Positions 10,634 to 21,910 are shown, numbered from the stretch's first letter. The stretch: DNA of 33,621 nt from Rhodanobacteraceae bacterium (GCA_043752325.1 JAYUYW010000102.1:1-33621); one strand, 5' to 3'. The notes: generated by a model not told the origin, from the letters alone. Translations and numbers: made by a program.

Positions 10634-11416
10634 ATGGGTTTTCGCAACCTCACAAGCAGCGATCGCGGCGCCGTTCGCACCATCACCATCAATCGCCCCG
10701 ACAAGCTGAACGCGCTCAATCGCGAAACCATCAATGAGCTTGGGATTGCCTTCGCCCAGGCTGGTGGGGACGACGCGATTCGGGTGATCGTTCTGGCAGG
10801 TGCTGGCGAGAAGGCCTTCGTCGCCGGTGCCGATATCAGCGAGCTCAACATGGCGACGCCGGTTCAGGCGCAACGCATGGCGCAGAACGGTCAACGCATG
10901 ATGCGCGGCATCGAGCTGCTCGGGAAACCGGTCATCGCGCGTTTGCAGGGATTTGCGCTCGGCGGTGGGTTGGAGCTGGCGATGTCCTGCCATCTGCGCA
11001 TTGCCAGCGAGAAGGCCAAGCTCGGTCTGCCGGAAATCAGTCTTGGGCTGATGCCGGGTTTCGGTGGAACGCAGCGCATCGTGCGTCTTGCGGGTCTCTC
11101 AGCGGCGCTGGAGTTGACCTTGACAGGTACGCCGATAGATGCACAACGCGCGCTGCAACTCGGCTTGGTGAATCGCGTCGTACCCGTTGAAGACCTCGAT
11201 GGCGAAGTCGAGCGTTGGGCCGATCAACTCGCCATCGCCGCACCGCATGCGATGGCTGGGATTCTTTCAGCGGTGCTTGCCGCTGATGACCTCGGCATCG
11301 ACGACGGCCTCGAGTACGAAGCGCGCGCGTTCGGATTGCTTTTCTCTACCGCCGACATGCAGGAAGGCACTTCGGCTTTCCTCGAACGTCGCAAGCCGAC
11401 TTTTACCGGAAAGTGA
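10634..11416 (+). CDS. Enoyl-CoA hydratase (crotonase-like)
   Basis: INRPDKLNAL, AFVAGADI, GFALGGGLELAMSC, GLPEISLGLMPGFGGTQR. Confidence 0.94.
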   Translation: MGFRNLTSSDRGAVRTITINRPDKLNALNRETINELGIAFAQAGGDDAIRVIVLAGAGEKAFVAGADISELNMATPVQAQRMAQNGQRMMRGIELLGKPVIARLQGFALGGGLELAMSCHLRIASEKAKLGLPEISLGLMPGFGGTQRIVRLAGLSAALELTLTGTPIDAQRALQLGLVNRVVPVEDLDGEVERWADQLAIAAPHAMAGILSAVLAADDLGIDDGLEYEARAFGLLFSTADMQEGTSAFLERRKPTFTGK

Positions 11417-11424
11417 ACCTGTAT

Positions 11425-11453
11425 GGTGGATTCCTTCCGGGAGTCCACCCTAC
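11425..11453 (-). repeat. GTAG-type REP-like palindrome, copy A
   Basis: Minus strand reads GTAGGGTGGACTCCCGGAAGGAATCCACC (29 nt), similar to the copies at 21882 and 21989; lies between convergent genes. Confidence 0.75.
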
Positions 11454-11487
11454 GAAATACCTTCAACTTCGGGGAAGGTGATGACCC

Positions 11488-12381
11488 TCAATGCGAGCTA
11501 CCGCGATACTTTTTCTCACCAGCTTCCACAGCCACCTTCAATCGATTTTCAGGCGGAGCGAGCGGGCAGGTGGCGTACGGCGTGAACGCGCACGGTGGGT
11601 TGTAGGCCAAGTTGAAATCCAACGTCAGCTTGCCGTCCTTCGGCGCGTCGGTATCAAGGAACCTGCCACCGCCGTAGGTAATCTTGCCGCTGGTCTTGTC
11701 GGCGAACACGAAGAACAGGCCGTCCTTGGTGTCCTCGTTCATCGGCAGCAGTTCATACGTCTTGCCCGCGTGTTCGAACACCGCCTTGCCCGGAACCTGC
11801 AACTTGTAGACGGTTCCGACCACGTCGGGAATCTCCAATGGCTGTGGTTTGTCGAACGTCACCCAACGAGCCTCGACCCGCCACGACGGATCGATGTCGA
11901 AAAAATCGATTCCAAGGAAATCCTTCAGCGATTCCGCATCCGCATCCTTGATGCGCAAGCCGATCTTGTGGTTGCGCTGGATCACGAAGAAGCTGACCGG
12001 CCCGGCGGCGACGATGCTCGGCTTGCCGGTCGCATCACTCGCCAGCGCCGACTCAATCACCGTCTTGTCATCGACCGTTGCGGCTGAAGCAGCATCAATC
12101 GCAATCGATATCTTGCCGCCCTTCAGCGTTATCACACCGAGATTCGGCGGACCCTTGAGTAACACGATAGCGTTGTCCTTGGCACTGCCAATCGAGTTGC
12201 GGCCTTCCGACAACCAGTCCAGACCAATCAAGCTCAACCAGCCGCCAGGCTTGCGCAGCCCAGCCTCGCGCTCGGCACGTTGCTGCTGGATTTTGGCGGT
12301 GTAGTCCAGTGCATCATTCGAAGCGAAGGCTATCGAGATTGCGAAGAACATCGAAAACGAAAGCGTCAGGAATCGAAGCAT
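11488..12381 (-). CDS. DUF1684 family protein, exported
   Basis: GWLSLIGLDWL, TYGGGRFL, LDFNLAYNPPCAFTPYATCPLAPPENRL; N-terminal signal peptide. The start could instead be TTG 12399. Confidence 0.88.
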   Translation of the reverse strand: MLRFLTLSFSMFFAISIAFASNDALDYTAKIQQQRAEREAGLRKPGGWLSLIGLDWLSEGRNSIGSAKDNAIVLLKGPPNLGVITLKGGKISIAIDAASAATVDDKTVIESALASDATGKPSIVAAGPVSFFVIQRNHKIGLRIKDADAESLKDFLGIDFFDIDPSWRVEARWVTFDKPQPLEIPDVVGTVYKLQVPGKAVFEHAGKTYELLPMNEDTKDGLFFVFADKTSGKITYGGGRFLDTDAPKDGKLTLDFNLAYNPPCAFTPYATCPLAPPENRLKVAVEAGEKKYRGSSH

Positions 12382-12468
12382 TGTTTTTATTCCAATCAAA
12401 AACTCGTGGGGTGAGCCAGCGCTGGTCTGTTCAATTCAACATCAGATTCTTCGAGGATCACTGAACAT

Positions 12469-13380
12469 CTAAAAATTGGCGCGTGGTGTCGAATTGGTTA
12501 GCGTACTGGACATGGCCTTGATGAGTATTGGGTAATCGAATCGAAAGCCCTCACTGCTCGCACGATCCGGAACCACGCGCTGGCCGGTGAGCAACATGCC
12601 GGCCATCTCGCCCAACATCAGCTTCAGCGCAATCGCTGGCGTGCGGATGATGGCCGGCCGATGCAGCGCCTTGGCGAGCGCGCTTGCGAATTCGGCGTTG
12701 GTGACGGGATGTGGAGCAGTGCCGTTGTAGGCGCCGCTGGCGGAGTCGGTTTCGGCGAGCCAACGAATCATGCGGACCAGGTCGTGCCGGGTGATCCAGC
12801 TCATCCATTGCTTGCCGTCGCCCATCGGCCCGCCAAGGCCGAATTTGAATGGCGGCAACATCTTCTCGAGTGCGCCGCCGTCGGCTGCCAGCACGATGCC
12901 GGTGCGCAGCAGACAGACGCGTACGCCGAGCGCTTCCGCTTTTGTCGCTTCCGCTTCCCACGCCACGCATAGCGTAGCCGCGAAGTCATCGCCGGGACTG
13001 GATTCCTCCGTCAGCTTTTCATCGCCTCTCGCGCCGTACCAGCCTATCGCTGATCCGGAGACCATCACTTTGGGCGGCGAGTCCTGGGCCGCCATCCACT
13101 CATTCAAGCGGCGCGTCGTTCCGATCCGAGAATCGAGAAATGCCTGCCTGCGTTGGTCGCTCCAGCGACGGTCCGTCAGGTTTTCGCCAGCGAGGTTGAT
13201 GACTACGTCGACGTTGCCCGCGTCGTCGAGGCTGTCGATCGCCATCGCGCCTTCCGGCAAGCAAGCATTTGCTCGCGGCACATTGCGAGTAAGGACGGTC
13301 ACGCGATGCTGGTCCGCGAGCAGTCGCGAGCAAAGCGGTTGGCCGATGAATCCGGTGCCACCGGTGATCAGGTAATGCAT
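12469..13380 (-). CDS. TIGR01777/YfcH-family NAD-dependent epimerase-like protein
   Basis: ITGGTGFIG, VINLAGE, SGSAIGWYG, LCVAWE, LGGPMGDGKQWMSWI. Confidence 0.92.
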   Translation of the reverse strand: MHYLITGGTGFIGQPLCSRLLADQHRVTVLTRNVPRANACLPEGAMAIDSLDDAGNVDVVINLAGENLTDRRWSDQRRQAFLDSRIGTTRRLNEWMAAQDSPPKVMVSGSAIGWYGARGDEKLTEESSPGDDFAATLCVAWEAEATKAEALGVRVCLLRTGIVLAADGGALEKMLPPFKFGLGGPMGDGKQWMSWITRHDLVRMIRWLAETDSASGAYNGTAPHPVTNAEFASALAKALHRPAIIRTPAIALKLMLGEMAGMLLTGQRVVPDRASSEGFRFDYPILIKAMSSTLTNSTPRANF

Positions 13381-13435
13381 GCGTTACTCCGAGTGCCGCC
13401 GACAGTAGGCCTTACGGCAGGATCTCACACTGATG

Positions 13436-15247
13436 TCAGCGGCCGCGCAGGAACAATCGGTCCAACTCCGCCATCGTCAATTGAACCGTTGTTGGGCGGC
13501 CATGATTGCACTGCCCCGACCGTTCAGTGATTTCCATTTCGCGGAGCAGGGCATTCATTTCCGGAATGGTCAGGCGGCGGTTGGCTCGGACCGAGCCGTG
13601 GCATGCCATCGATGAAAGCAGCGCGTTTTCGACTTCCTGGATGCGACGCGAATCGCCGTGGGTGATCACATCGGCGATCACGTCACGAACCAGCGCAGCT
13701 ATGTCAGCATCGTCGAGCAGCAGCGGAACCTGGCGCACTAATACAGACTGCGGGCCACTGCGACGAATCTCGAAACCAAGGGCTTCAAAACGTGGCCCGT
13801 GTTCTTCGGCGGCAGCGGCTTCTTTTTCGCTGACGGCTAGTTGCATCGGTACAAGCAATCGCTGCGAGCGAATGTCGCCGGCGTCGTGTTGCGCCTTCAG
13901 CTTTTCGTACGTGATGCGCTCGTGTGCTGCGTGCATGTCGACCACGATCAAACCGTGTGCGTTCTGAGCAAGAACGAACACGCCATGCAGTTGGGCGATG
14001 GCGAAGCCAAGTGGCGGAATGTCGGATCCATCGGCATCATCCGGAATCGCCCCAAACTCGTGGCCTTGCGTGGTTGGCGCGCCGCTGGGAACGCCGCGTA
14101 CTTGGCCGATCAGAGCAGCGTAATCGCCCATCCCATCGCGTACGCCCAGCCCAAGTCCACTTTGGTCTCGGTACTGCGGCCACGATGCCGCCATGCCGAT
14201 GCTTTCCTGACTGCCGGCGTGCGGCGCAGCGCCGAGCGCGTTGCCTGCGCGCGTGCCAGCCAACGCTTCATTAAGACTGCGATAGATGAAATCGTGGACC
14301 AGCCGACCTTCGCGAAAACGCACTTCGCTCTTGGCCGGGTGCACGTTGACATCGACCAAAGCCGGGTCGACTTCCAGGAACAACACGTAGGTGGGATGGC
14401 GGCCGTGGTAGAGCACATCGGCATAAGCCTGGCGTACCGCGTGGGTGACCAGGCGATCCTTCACGAGGCGCCCATTGACGTGGAAGTATTGCTGGTCCGA
14501 TTGGCTGCGCGATGCAGTCGGCAAACCTACCCAACCACGCAAGCGCAAACCGGCGGCGTGGTGATCGATGGCCAGACTGTTGCCGATGAAATCATTTCCG
14601 AGCACATCGCCAATGCGCCGTGCGCCGTCTTCGCGCAGCAATGCGGGCTTAAGCAAGCGAACCGCCTTGCCGTTGTGACGCAGCTGGAATTCGACGCCAT
14701 CACGAGCCAGCGCAATCGACTTCACCAGTTCGTCGATATGGCCGAACTCGGTGCGCTCGGCGCGCATGAATTTGCGCCGCGCCGGGACGTTGAAAAACAG
14801 GTCGCGCACTTCGATGGTGGTGCCGGTCGGGTGTTGCGCTGGTCGCATCGGCGTGACTTTGCCGGCGCTCACTTCGATCGTCCGCGCCATCGCGTCGGCT
14901 GGCGTGCGCGAGGTCAGCACGAAACGCGACACCGATGCAATCGACGGCAGGGCTTCGCCGCGAAATCCGAGCGTGGCGACCCGCTCCAAATCGTCAAAGC
15001 TGGCGATCTTGCTGGTGGCATGCGACAGGATAGCGAGTGGCAGATCATCGGCGTGGATGCCGCCGCCGTCATCGCGAATTCGAATCAGCCGAGCGCCACC
15101 TGCTTCGATATCGATTTCAATTCGGGTCGCGCCCGCATCGAGACTGTTCTCGATGAGCTCCTTGACGACCGATGATGGCCGCTCGATGACTTCACCAGCA
15201 GCGATCTGGTTGACAAGTTCAGCGGGCAGGGCGTGAATACGGGACAT
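13436..15247 (-). CDS. mutL: DNA mismatch repair endonuclease MutL
   Basis: [37 protein letters not shown]; C-terminal [22 protein letters not shown] and CNHGRP. Confidence 0.98.
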   Translation of the reverse strand: MSRIHALPAELVNQIAAGEVIERPSSVVKELIENSLDAGATRIEIDIEAGGARLIRIRDDGGGIHADDLPLAILSHATSKIASFDDLERVATLGFRGEALPSIASVSRFVLTSRTPADAMARTIEVSAGKVTPMRPAQHPTGTTIEVRDLFFNVPARRKFMRAERTEFGHIDELVKSIALARDGVEFQLRHNGKAVRLLKPALLREDGARRIGDVLGNDFIGNSLAIDHHAAGLRLRGWVGLPTASRSQSDQQYFHVNGRLVKDRLVTHAVRQAYADVLYHGRHPTYVLFLEVDPALVDVNVHPAKSEVRFREGRLVHDFIYRSLNEALAGTRAGNALGAAPHAGSQESIGMAASWPQYRDQSGLGLGVRDGMGDYAALIGQVRGVPSGAPTTQGHEFGAIPDDADGSDIPPLGFAIAQLHGVFVLAQNAHGLIVVDMHAAHERITYEKLKAQHDAGDIRSQRLLVPMQLAVSEKEAAAAEEHGPRFEALGFEIRRSGPQSVLVRQVPLLLDDADIAALVRDVIADVITHGDSRRIQEVENALLSSMACHGSVRANRRLTIPEMNALLREMEITERSGQCNHGRPTTVQLTMAELDRLFLRGR

Positions 15248-15327
15248 TGAGCGGACCGGGGAAACCGATCAGCATTCTAGCGGGTGCGACGTGGCCGCCA
15301 TCCGGCGACCACGCGCAGTGGGACCAA

Positions 15328-16662
15328 TCAGCTAGCGGGAATGCGCAGAACTTCGCCGACGCGCACGTTGTTGCTGCTTAGCTTGTTGAGCGAACGCAAA
15401 GCGTCGACGCTGGTGCTGTGGCGGTTTGCGATGATGGAAAGCGATTCGCCTGCGCCGACCACGTGTCGCGATGCTTTCGCGGCATTGGTGTTCAAGGCGA
15501 ACTGGCTGCCGTCGGGTGGGGCGATGCGGAAGTAGTTGCGCGCGCCTTCGATGATCGCCTTTGCGAGCTTTTCGCGATGTCCGGAATCCTTGAGCCTGTT
15601 CTCTTCGATCGGATTGCTGATGAAAGCAGTCTCGACCAGGATCGACGGCACGTCTGGCGAACGCAGCACGATGAAGTTGGCGCGCTCGACATAGCTGCGG
15701 TGGGTCGGACCGATCTGTCGCAACGCGGCCAGCACTTGGTCGGCAACCGTGTTGCTGGCGCCCATCGTCGCGCCTTGTTGCAGATCGAGAAGGACGGCGG
15801 CCAGGTCGGCGTCCTTGTCATCCAGGCTTACTCCGCCGATCAAATCCGCGCTGTTCTCGCGGTCAGCCAACAGTCGTGCCGACTCGCTGGTGGCGCCGCG
15901 CGGCGACAGCACCCAGACCGACGAACCCTGCGCGGTGCAGTTGGCAGGACAGGCGTCGGCGTGGATCGACACGAACAGGTCGGCATGCGCTTTGCGGGCG
16001 ATTGCGTAGCGTTGTTTGAGCGGTATATAGACGTCGCTATTGCGGATCAGCATGGCGGACATGCCGGGTTCGCGATCGATCTGCGCCTTCAATTCGCGAG
16101 CCACTTTCAGTGTTAGTTCCTTCTCGTAGCTGCCGCTGGCACCGATCGCACCGGGATCCTTGCCACCGTGGCCCGCATCGACCGCGATCAACACCTTGCG
16201 TCCTGCAGCCTGTGCCGGCAATACATCGGCAAGCTTTTTCGTCGGCGCAGCAGATGCCGTCTTCGGGTAGAAATCCAGCACCAGCCGATGGCCAAACCTG
16301 GCATCGGGCGCGAGCAGGAAACTCTTTGGCCTGACCGTGTCGCCAAGGTTGAACACCGCGCGCGAATCGGTCCTGCCTTGTTTTCCGACGCGCACGGATT
16401 TCAGCAAGCCCTTGATCTCAGGGGTTGTAAATCCTTCAACGAACTTGCTGTTGCGGAAGTCGAGGACGACGCGATCAGGGTCTGCAAGGTCGAACAACTT
16501 GTAGTCGGCCGGCCCGCTGAGGTCGAAAACGACACGGGTATATTCCGGGCTGGCCCAGCTACGGACCGAGCGGATGTCCGCGCCAAACGCTGACGTGCAA
16601 GCGACCAGCAGGGTCGCCGCTGCGGCCCAACAAATCCCCTTTTCCCACCTGATCGTGTCCAT
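15328..16662 (-). CDS. amiB: N-acetylmuramoyl-L-alanine amidase (AMIN + Amidase_3 + LysM)
   Basis: TRVVFDL, DAGHGGKDPGA, SIHAD, PSILVETAFISN, C-terminal LysM (HVVGAGESLSIIA); position between tsaE and mutL. May be annotated amiC. Confidence 0.92.
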   Translation of the reverse strand: MDTIRWEKGICWAAAATLLVACTSAFGADIRSVRSWASPEYTRVVFDLSGPADYKLFDLADPDRVVLDFRNSKFVEGFTTPEIKGLLKSVRVGKQGRTDSRAVFNLGDTVRPKSFLLAPDARFGHRLVLDFYPKTASAAPTKKLADVLPAQAAGRKVLIAVDAGHGGKDPGAIGASGSYEKELTLKVARELKAQIDREPGMSAMLIRNSDVYIPLKQRYAIARKAHADLFVSIHADACPANCTAQGSSVWVLSPRGATSESARLLADRENSADLIGGVSLDDKDADLAAVLLDLQQGATMGASNTVADQVLAALRQIGPTHRSYVERANFIVLRSPDVPSILVETAFISNPIEENRLKDSGHREKLAKAIIEGARNYFRIAPPDGSQFALNTNAAKASRHVVGAGESLSIIANRHSTSVDALRSLNKLSSNNVRVGEVLRIPAS

Positions 16663-16739
16663 GGGTGACGATTGAACGCCGACTCGACGCAGAATTCAAC
16701 CCCTTTCTCGTTATAAATCCGCAGGCTGCGGAACACTGC

Positions 16740-17216
16740 TCAGGAATCACTCCACCTTTCTAGCGCGTCGACACCACGTCGGGACAGTCCGTTGGCTCGC
16801 AGATTTCGCTGCGCTGCGGCATGATTTAGTTCGATCCGAAGGTCGGCCGGCGGGATGCGCTTGCCGCCGCGCTCAGGCCACTCGATAAGAATCAGGGCGT
16901 CGGAATCAGCCAGGTCCGGCAGGCCCAGCCACTCGACTTCTTCGGGATCGGCCAAGCGGTACAAGTCGAGGTGATGGCCTCGGTTGGCGTTCAGCGAATA
17001 CGACTCGATAAGGCTGTAAGTTGGGCTTTTTACGCGCTCGCCCACGCCGAGCGCCTGCAACAGCGCTCGCGCGAATGTGGTCTTGCCTGCGCCGAGATCA
17101 CCGCAAAGGTGGATCACTAAACCTCGCGACGCTGCGGGCGCGAGTCGTTTAGCCAGTTCGACCAGCGCCGGTTCGTCCAGACCTTGACGATCAAACGATT
17201 CGCAGTCCCGCATCAT
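16740..17216 (-). CDS. tsaE: tRNA t6A biosynthesis ATPase TsaE
   Basis: GDLGAGKTT, VKSPTYSLIESY, HLDLYRL, IEWPE; the start overlaps the nnr stop. Confidence 0.96.
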   Translation of the reverse strand: MMRDCESFDRQGLDEPALVELAKRLAPAASRGLVIHLCGDLGAGKTTFARALLQALGVGERVKSPTYSLIESYSLNANRGHHLDLYRLADPEEVEWLGLPDLADSDALILIEWPERGGKRIPPADLRIELNHAAAQRNLRANGLSRRGVDALERWSDS

Positions 17217-18742
17217 GCCGAAAACGTGTTGACCAGACTGCGCAGTGTCTGAAACAGATCGGTCGCGATCAGGCCTCGAGGATTATTGCCCGCCGCGATA
17301 TCGCCAGCTCGCGCATGGACTGCGACGCCCAGCCGCGCAGCGTCCCAAGCCGAGATGCCTTGTCCCATCAGCGCGGCGATGACTCCAGTTAGTACGTCGC
17401 CCATCCCGCCACTCGCCATGCCGGGATTACCCCACGGGCACACCGCGACATGGCCATCTGGATCGGCAATCAAACTGCCCGCACCTTTCAACACCACGAC
17501 CGCGTTGTAGCGCCCGGCAAGTTCGCGGACCGCGCCGTAACGATCATTCTGGATTTCCGCCGTTGTTTTGCCGAGCAATCGCGTCGCTTCGCCGGGATGT
17601 GGTGTCAGCACGTGCAAACCGTGTTTTGGACTTGGTAGCGACGAACGCAAAATCACCTCGCCGCCAGCGAATCGCACCGATTCGCGCGACAACAGGTTCA
17701 GTGCATCGGCGTCGATCACGCTAGGCAGGCCGCTGTGCAGGGCCGCATCCCACAGCGCGTGGCCCCAAGCGGCTTGGCCAAGTCCCGGTCCGAGCGCGAT
17801 CACGTCGACGCCTTCGAGCAGCGATTTCAATTCCTGCGGGCCATCGACGCCATGCGCCATCAGTTCCGGTCGTGCTGAATTGATCGCCGCGACATTGGCC
17901 GCGCGCGTTGCGACGCTGACCTTCCCCGCGCCGCAATGCAGCGCGGCTTCGGCGGTCATTCGGATGGCGCCGCCAAAACCGTGATCGCTGCCGAGTGCCA
18001 GCACGTGACCGTACAAACCCTTGTTCGCGTTGCGCAGGCGCAGTGGCAAGACGTAACCAATGTTCGCATCAAGCAATCGTGCGTCGGGAGCGATGGCTAG
18101 GCGAGCAGCAGGTGGGATGTCGAGCGTCTCGAGTTCAAGTTCGCCGCAATAATCTAGCGCGTCGCCGGTAAACATCCCGCGCTTCCAGGCAACGAAGCTT
18201 ATCGTCGCTGTCGCGCGCAAGGCCACGCCGCGCGGCACGCCGTGATCGGCGCAAAGGCCGGACGGGATGTCCAGCGCGAGTACCGGCCGGTTGCTGGCGT
18301 TGATCTGTTCGATGAGCGCGGCCGCCGCATCGTCAACGTTTCGATCCAGGCCAATGCCAAACAGACCATCAACAATCACATCGACCGATGGAAGGTTGCC
18401 GGCGGTTTCAAACGAGATTTCATGGCCACCTGCGGCACCAAAGCGTTCGCGCGCGACGATCGCGCCACCGCGCGGCTCGCCGAAGCTGATGGCGTGCACA
18501 TCGAAGCCTTCGTATAGCGCCGTCGCACCAAGCAGCCAAGCGTCGCCACCGTTGTTACCGGTGCCGCACAGCAATAAAAGTCGACGGGAGTCGGGCCAGC
18601 GGCGACGCAGGCATGTGAATGCGGCGCTCGCGGCGCGCTGCATCAGCACCGGGCCGGGAATGCCGCAGTTGTGGATGGCGCGGCGGTCGATCTGGCGGAC
18701 TTGGTCGGCGGTGTACAGCGCGGTGGCGATATTGGCAGGCAT
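17213..18742 (-). CDS. nnr: Bifunctional NAD(P)H-hydrate epimerase/dehydratase
   Basis: LMQRAA, GNNGGD, DGLFGIG, DIPSG, GPGLG, DADALN, TPHPGE, GGMGDVLTG. Start taken at MPANIA (18742) rather than the 683-aa call. Confidence 0.95.
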   Translation of the reverse strand: MPANIATALYTADQVRQIDRRAIHNCGIPGPVLMQRAASAAFTCLRRRWPDSRRLLLLCGTGNNGGDAWLLGATALYEGFDVHAISFGEPRGGAIVARERFGAAGGHEISFETAGNLPSVDVIVDGLFGIGLDRNVDDAAAALIEQINASNRPVLALDIPSGLCADHGVPRGVALRATATISFVAWKRGMFTGDALDYCGELELETLDIPPAARLAIAPDARLLDANIGYVLPLRLRNANKGLYGHVLALGSDHGFGGAIRMTAEAALHCGAGKVSVATRAANVAAINSARPELMAHGVDGPQELKSLLEGVDVIALGPGLGQAAWGHALWDAALHSGLPSVIDADALNLLSRESVRFAGGEVILRSSLPSPKHGLHVLTPHPGEATRLLGKTTAEIQNDRYGAVRELAGRYNAVVVLKGAGSLIADPDGHVAVCPWGNPGMASGGMGDVLTGVIAALMGQGISAWDAARLGVAVHARAGDIAAGNNPRGLIATDLFQTLRSLVNTFSA

Positions 18743-18831
18743 GGCCGGATGATACCGGCAGGTCGCTGGACCGGGTGCTTCTCGTTGTGGGCAATCGCGG
18801 CCAGCTTCAGGCGCTGTGCGAAAATTGGCGC

Positions 18832-19938
18832 ATGTCTGCCGTAATTCCCACCGACTACAACGCGTTGCTCGACGATATCCGGCGCTGGGCCGGCGACCTT
18901 GGCTTTCAGGACGTGGGTATAGCCGGCATTGATCTCGCCGAAGACGAAGCGCATCTGTTGTCCTGGCTCGACGATGGCCTGCATGGCGACATGGCCTGGA
19001 TGCAGCATCACGGCAGTAAACGCAGTCGCCCGGACGAACTGGTGCCCGGAACGCTGCGGGTGATTTCAGTACGCATGGATTATCTGCCGACCGGCATCCG
19101 CGATGGCTGGGAAGCGCTCGCCGATGCCGACACTGCCTACGTGTCGCGCTATGCGTTGGGCCGCGACTACCACAAGCTGATGCGTGGGCGACTACAAAAA
19201 TTGGCCGACCGCATTGCCGAGCAGGTCGGGCCGTTCGGCTATCGAGCCTTCGTCGATTCCGCACCTGTTCTGGAACGCGCCTTGTCGCGTGATGCCGGCA
19301 TCGGATGGATCGGCAAGCACACCTGCCTGATCGACAGCGGCGGCGGTTCCTGGTTTTTCCTCGGTGAGCTTTACACCGACTTGCCGCTGCCGTTGAGCGA
19401 ACGTGCGGCTGCGCACTGCGGCACCTGCGCGCGCTGCATGGATGTCTGTCCGACCGGCGCCATCATCGCGCCGTATCGCGTCGACGCGCGACGCTGCATT
19501 TCCTACCTGACCATCGAGCTCGACGGACCGATTCCGTTGGACCTGAGGCCGCTGATCGGCAACCGCATCTACGGCTGCGATGATTGCCAACTAGTCTGCC
19601 CGTGGAACAAATTCGCCCAGCCGACTTCGGAAGCGGACTTCGCGCCGCGCAATGATCTTGATCGCTCCAGCCTGATCGAACTGTTCGCGTGGACGGAAAA
19701 CGAGTTCATGCAACGCACCGAAGGATCGGCAATTCGCCGCATCGGATTCGAGCGCTGGTCGCGAAACATCGCCGTAGCACTGGGCAACGCAACCCAGTCC
19801 GACGCCACGGTGACCGCGTTGTGCTCCCGTGTGCACGACCCTTCCGAAGTTGTTCGCGAGCATGTGCAATGGGCGCTGACGAGACACGGACGTGCGTCAG
19901 CAGAGCCATCCAAAAACGAGTTCGGCTCGGCCTTATGA
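18832..19938 (+). CDS. queG: Epoxyqueuosine reductase
   Basis: YALGRDYH, FVDSAPVLER, GWIGKH, CGTCARCMDVCPT, CISYLTIE, GCDDCQLVCPWN; divergent from nnr; start taken at ATG 18832. Confidence 0.96.
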   Translation: MSAVIPTDYNALLDDIRRWAGDLGFQDVGIAGIDLAEDEAHLLSWLDDGLHGDMAWMQHHGSKRSRPDELVPGTLRVISVRMDYLPTGIRDGWEALADADTAYVSRYALGRDYHKLMRGRLQKLADRIAEQVGPFGYRAFVDSAPVLERALSRDAGIGWIGKHTCLIDSGGGSWFFLGELYTDLPLPLSERAAAHCGTCARCMDVCPTGAIIAPYRVDARRCISYLTIELDGPIPLDLRPLIGNRIYGCDDCQLVCPWNKFAQPTSEADFAPRNDLDRSSLIELFAWTENEFMQRTEGSAIRRIGFERWSRNIAVALGNATQSDATVTALCSRVHDPSEVVREHVQWALTRHGRASAEPSKNEFGSAL

Positions 19939-20039
19939 CAAGCAGAATTCGTGATGGCCGCGAATTCGATGCGCCGCTTGCGGACGTTCTGCTCGATTCG
20001 TTCGACGGCGAGTGACGAGGAAGACTGCTCGAATCTGGC

Positions 20040-20068
20040 TTGCCGCCTCTGCTGCAATGCACTAGAAT
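20040..20068 (+). promoter_or_regulatory. Sigma70 promoter of rplU-rpmA(-obgE)
   Basis: TTGCCG - 17 nt - TAGAAT. Confidence 0.7.
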
Positions 20069-20152
20069 AACCGGTTCGCTCGCCCGGTCTGTCCGGTTTT
20101 GCGAGTGAACTCAAGCATCACGTACCCAAGAATAACTACTAGAGGCAAGCTC

Positions 20153-20479
20153 ATGAGTTACGCAGTGATTGTGACAGGCGGTAAGCAATACCGCGTCATG
20201 GAAGGCGAGACGCTCCGCGTCGAGAAGCTCGATGGCGACATCGACAGTGAAGTAAAGTTTGACCAGGTTCTGCTGATTGGTTCGGGCGATAGCATCAACA
20301 TCGGCGGCCCGCTGATCTCCGGCGCCCTGGTTGCCGCGACGATCACCAAGCACGGTCGCGCCGACAAGATCCGCATCATCAAATTCCGTCGCCGCAAGCA
20401 CCACATGAAGCAGCAGGGGCATCGGCAGCATTACACCGAAATCAAGATCACCGGCATCAATGCCGGTGACAAGAAGTAA
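20153..20479 (+). CDS. rplU: 50S ribosomal protein L21
   Basis: [34 protein letters not shown]; GAGG RBS before ATG 20153. Confidence 0.98.
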   Translation: MSYAVIVTGGKQYRVMEGETLRVEKLDGDIDSEVKFDQVLLIGSGDSINIGGPLISGALVAATITKHGRADKIRIIKFRRRKHHMKQQGHRQHYTEIKITGINAGDKK

Positions 20480-20493
20480 GGAGCGCACTAGCC

Positions 20494-20751
20494 ATGGCAC
20501 ACAAAAAAGCTGGCGGTTCAACCCGCAACGGCCGTGATTCAAACCCCAAGTATCTCGGCGTGAAGATCTACGGCGGCCAAGCCATCGAAGCCGGTAACAT
20601 CATCGTTCGCCAGCGCGGAACGCGCTTTCATCCGGGCGTCGGCGTTGGCCTGGGTCGCGACCACACCCTGTTCGCATTGACCAACGGCGTGGTGGCGTTT
20701 TCCGTCAAGGGCGCTGAAAGACGCAATACGGTCAGCGTCCTCGCTAACTGA
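20494..20751 (+). CDS. rpmA: 50S ribosomal protein L27
   Basis: [34 protein letters not shown]; AAGGAG RBS. Confidence 0.99.
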   Translation: MAHKKAGGSTRNGRDSNPKYLGVKIYGGQAIEAGNIIVRQRGTRFHPGVGVGLGRDHTLFALTNGVVAFSVKGAERRNTVSVLAN

Positions 20752-20772
20752 ACAAGCACCCCCGTTTTCGCG

Positions 20773-20804
20773 AAAGCCCCGCCGCGTGCGGGGCTTTTCG
20801 TTTT
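20773..20804 (+). terminator. Rho-independent terminator between rpmA and obgE
   Basis: AAAGCCCCGC-CGCGT-GCGGGGCTTT followed by TCGTTTT. Confidence 0.8.
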
Positions 20805-20827
20805 CGCCGCAGACACTGGATGATTGA

Positions 20828-21877
<1,050 letters not shown>

Positions 21878-21881
21878 GAGC

Positions 21882-21910
21882 GTAGGGTGGATCCCCGTAG
21901 GAAATCCACC
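21882..21910 (+). repeat. GTAG-type REP-like palindrome, copy B
   Basis: GTAGGGTGGATCCCCGTAGGAAATCCACC (29 nt). Confidence 0.75.

Noticed and set aside
13841-15175. Long antisense ORFs (444 aa opposite mutL; also 25667-26824, 9760-10491, 1658-2437, 15418-16116)
   Set aside because: They lie opposite clearly identified genes and show no recognisable motifs; such shadow ORFs are expected from GC-rich codon bias.
18743-19264. N-terminal extension of the nnr ORF (683-aa call) and of queG (start 18619)
   Set aside because: The extensions overlap the divergent gene, read as Arg/Pro-rich non-protein-like sequence, and family similarity begins only at 18742 and 18832.
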